A program made the position numbers and the translations under genes. 34,521 nt of DNA from Octopus bimaculoides (lineage: Eukaryota), in NCBI RefSeq assembly GCF_001194135.2, contig NC_068995.1, positions 13,928,490 through 13,963,010 of the forward strand. The letters run 5' to 3'. Positions within the stretch are counted from its first letter, which is position 1. The number at the start of each line of letters is the position of its first letter. The notes below the pieces were generated by a model, which was given only the letters and a program-made list of their open reading frames with translations, was not told where the DNA came from and searched no databases. Below, piece by piece: positions 34,061 to 34,521 of the stretch.

Positions 34061-34260
34061 TACAGAATCCACCCAAAAACTTTATACACACTTCAGGAAT
34101 GGAAAAAAATCTACATAAATATTTAACTTGCATAATTACCTCTATAAATATAAATACCTCTTTCGATGTTTTATCAAATTGCTATAACACTGGATAAAAA
34201 TATTTGTACGGATTTTTCACTTTCCAGAAGTGTGTATAAATTTTTTTGGCAGACCCTGTA
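34061..34260. mobile_element. Tc1/mariner-type MITE
   Basis: TA|CAG...CTG|TA with ~50-bp imperfect TIRs (TTTATACACACTTC / GAAGTGTGTATAAA). Confidence 0.78.
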
Positions 34261-34276
34261 TGTATGTATGTGTGTG

Positions 34277-34315
<39 letters not shown>

Positions 34316-34364
34316 AGATTAGTTAAATAGTTATGATTGACCGTTGACTGAACACTATTCAATT

Positions 34365-34521
34365 TTTTTTTCTCCGTGTTTTTCTCCTTGTCTCCGTATT
34401 CTTTCTGTTGAAGAGCGTAGCTCGAAACGTCAAAGACTTTCCGTATTCCCGAGCGTCATACTAATATATACTTTTGTTATTTACACCACCTGTCCTCGTC
34501 TGTTGTTATTATTTGTATATT
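34365..34521 (+). mobile_element. Repeat carrying a minimal hammerhead-like motif, probably a Penelope-like element terminus
   Basis: TCTTT-CTGTTGA-A-GAGC-GTA-GCTC-GAAAC-GTC-AAAGA at 34400-34436. The PLE assignment is inferred from the motif type. Confidence 0.55.

Overview
AT-rich, intron- and repeat-dense eukaryotic genomic DNA with six N-gaps. The SINE and MITE families suggest an octopus/cephalopod source (inference from repeat recognition; no search run). Almost all entries in the ORF track are artefacts of gaps, microsatellites or repeats. The real coding content is the middle of one spliced + strand gene, an SLMAP (sarcolemmal membrane-associated protein, STRIPAK component) orthologue. 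I reconstruct 19 exons (1421-31844) with AG/GT boundaries (exon 2 runs into a gap, so its donor is not visible) and a continuous reading frame, apart from the unsequenced end of exon 2. The FHA-domain N-terminus and the TM C-terminus were not found and probably lie outside the window. Exons 1-8 clearly match vertebrate SLMAP. Exons 9-19 are a run of 11 small symmetric phase-1 exons, several of heptad-multiple length. The introns hold three tRNA-headed SINE families with modular tails, piggyBac-, hAT- and Tc1/mariner-type MITEs, an RTE LINE 3' fragment, a 26-bp minisatellite with a sequence gradient, and microsatellites. There is no prokaryotic or CRISPR-like system. The most interesting leads are (i) a sense-strand minimal hammerhead-ribozyme-like motif with a variant core at 34400-34436, and (ii) the modular phase-1 exon array, including a stop codon that would be created by exon skipping.
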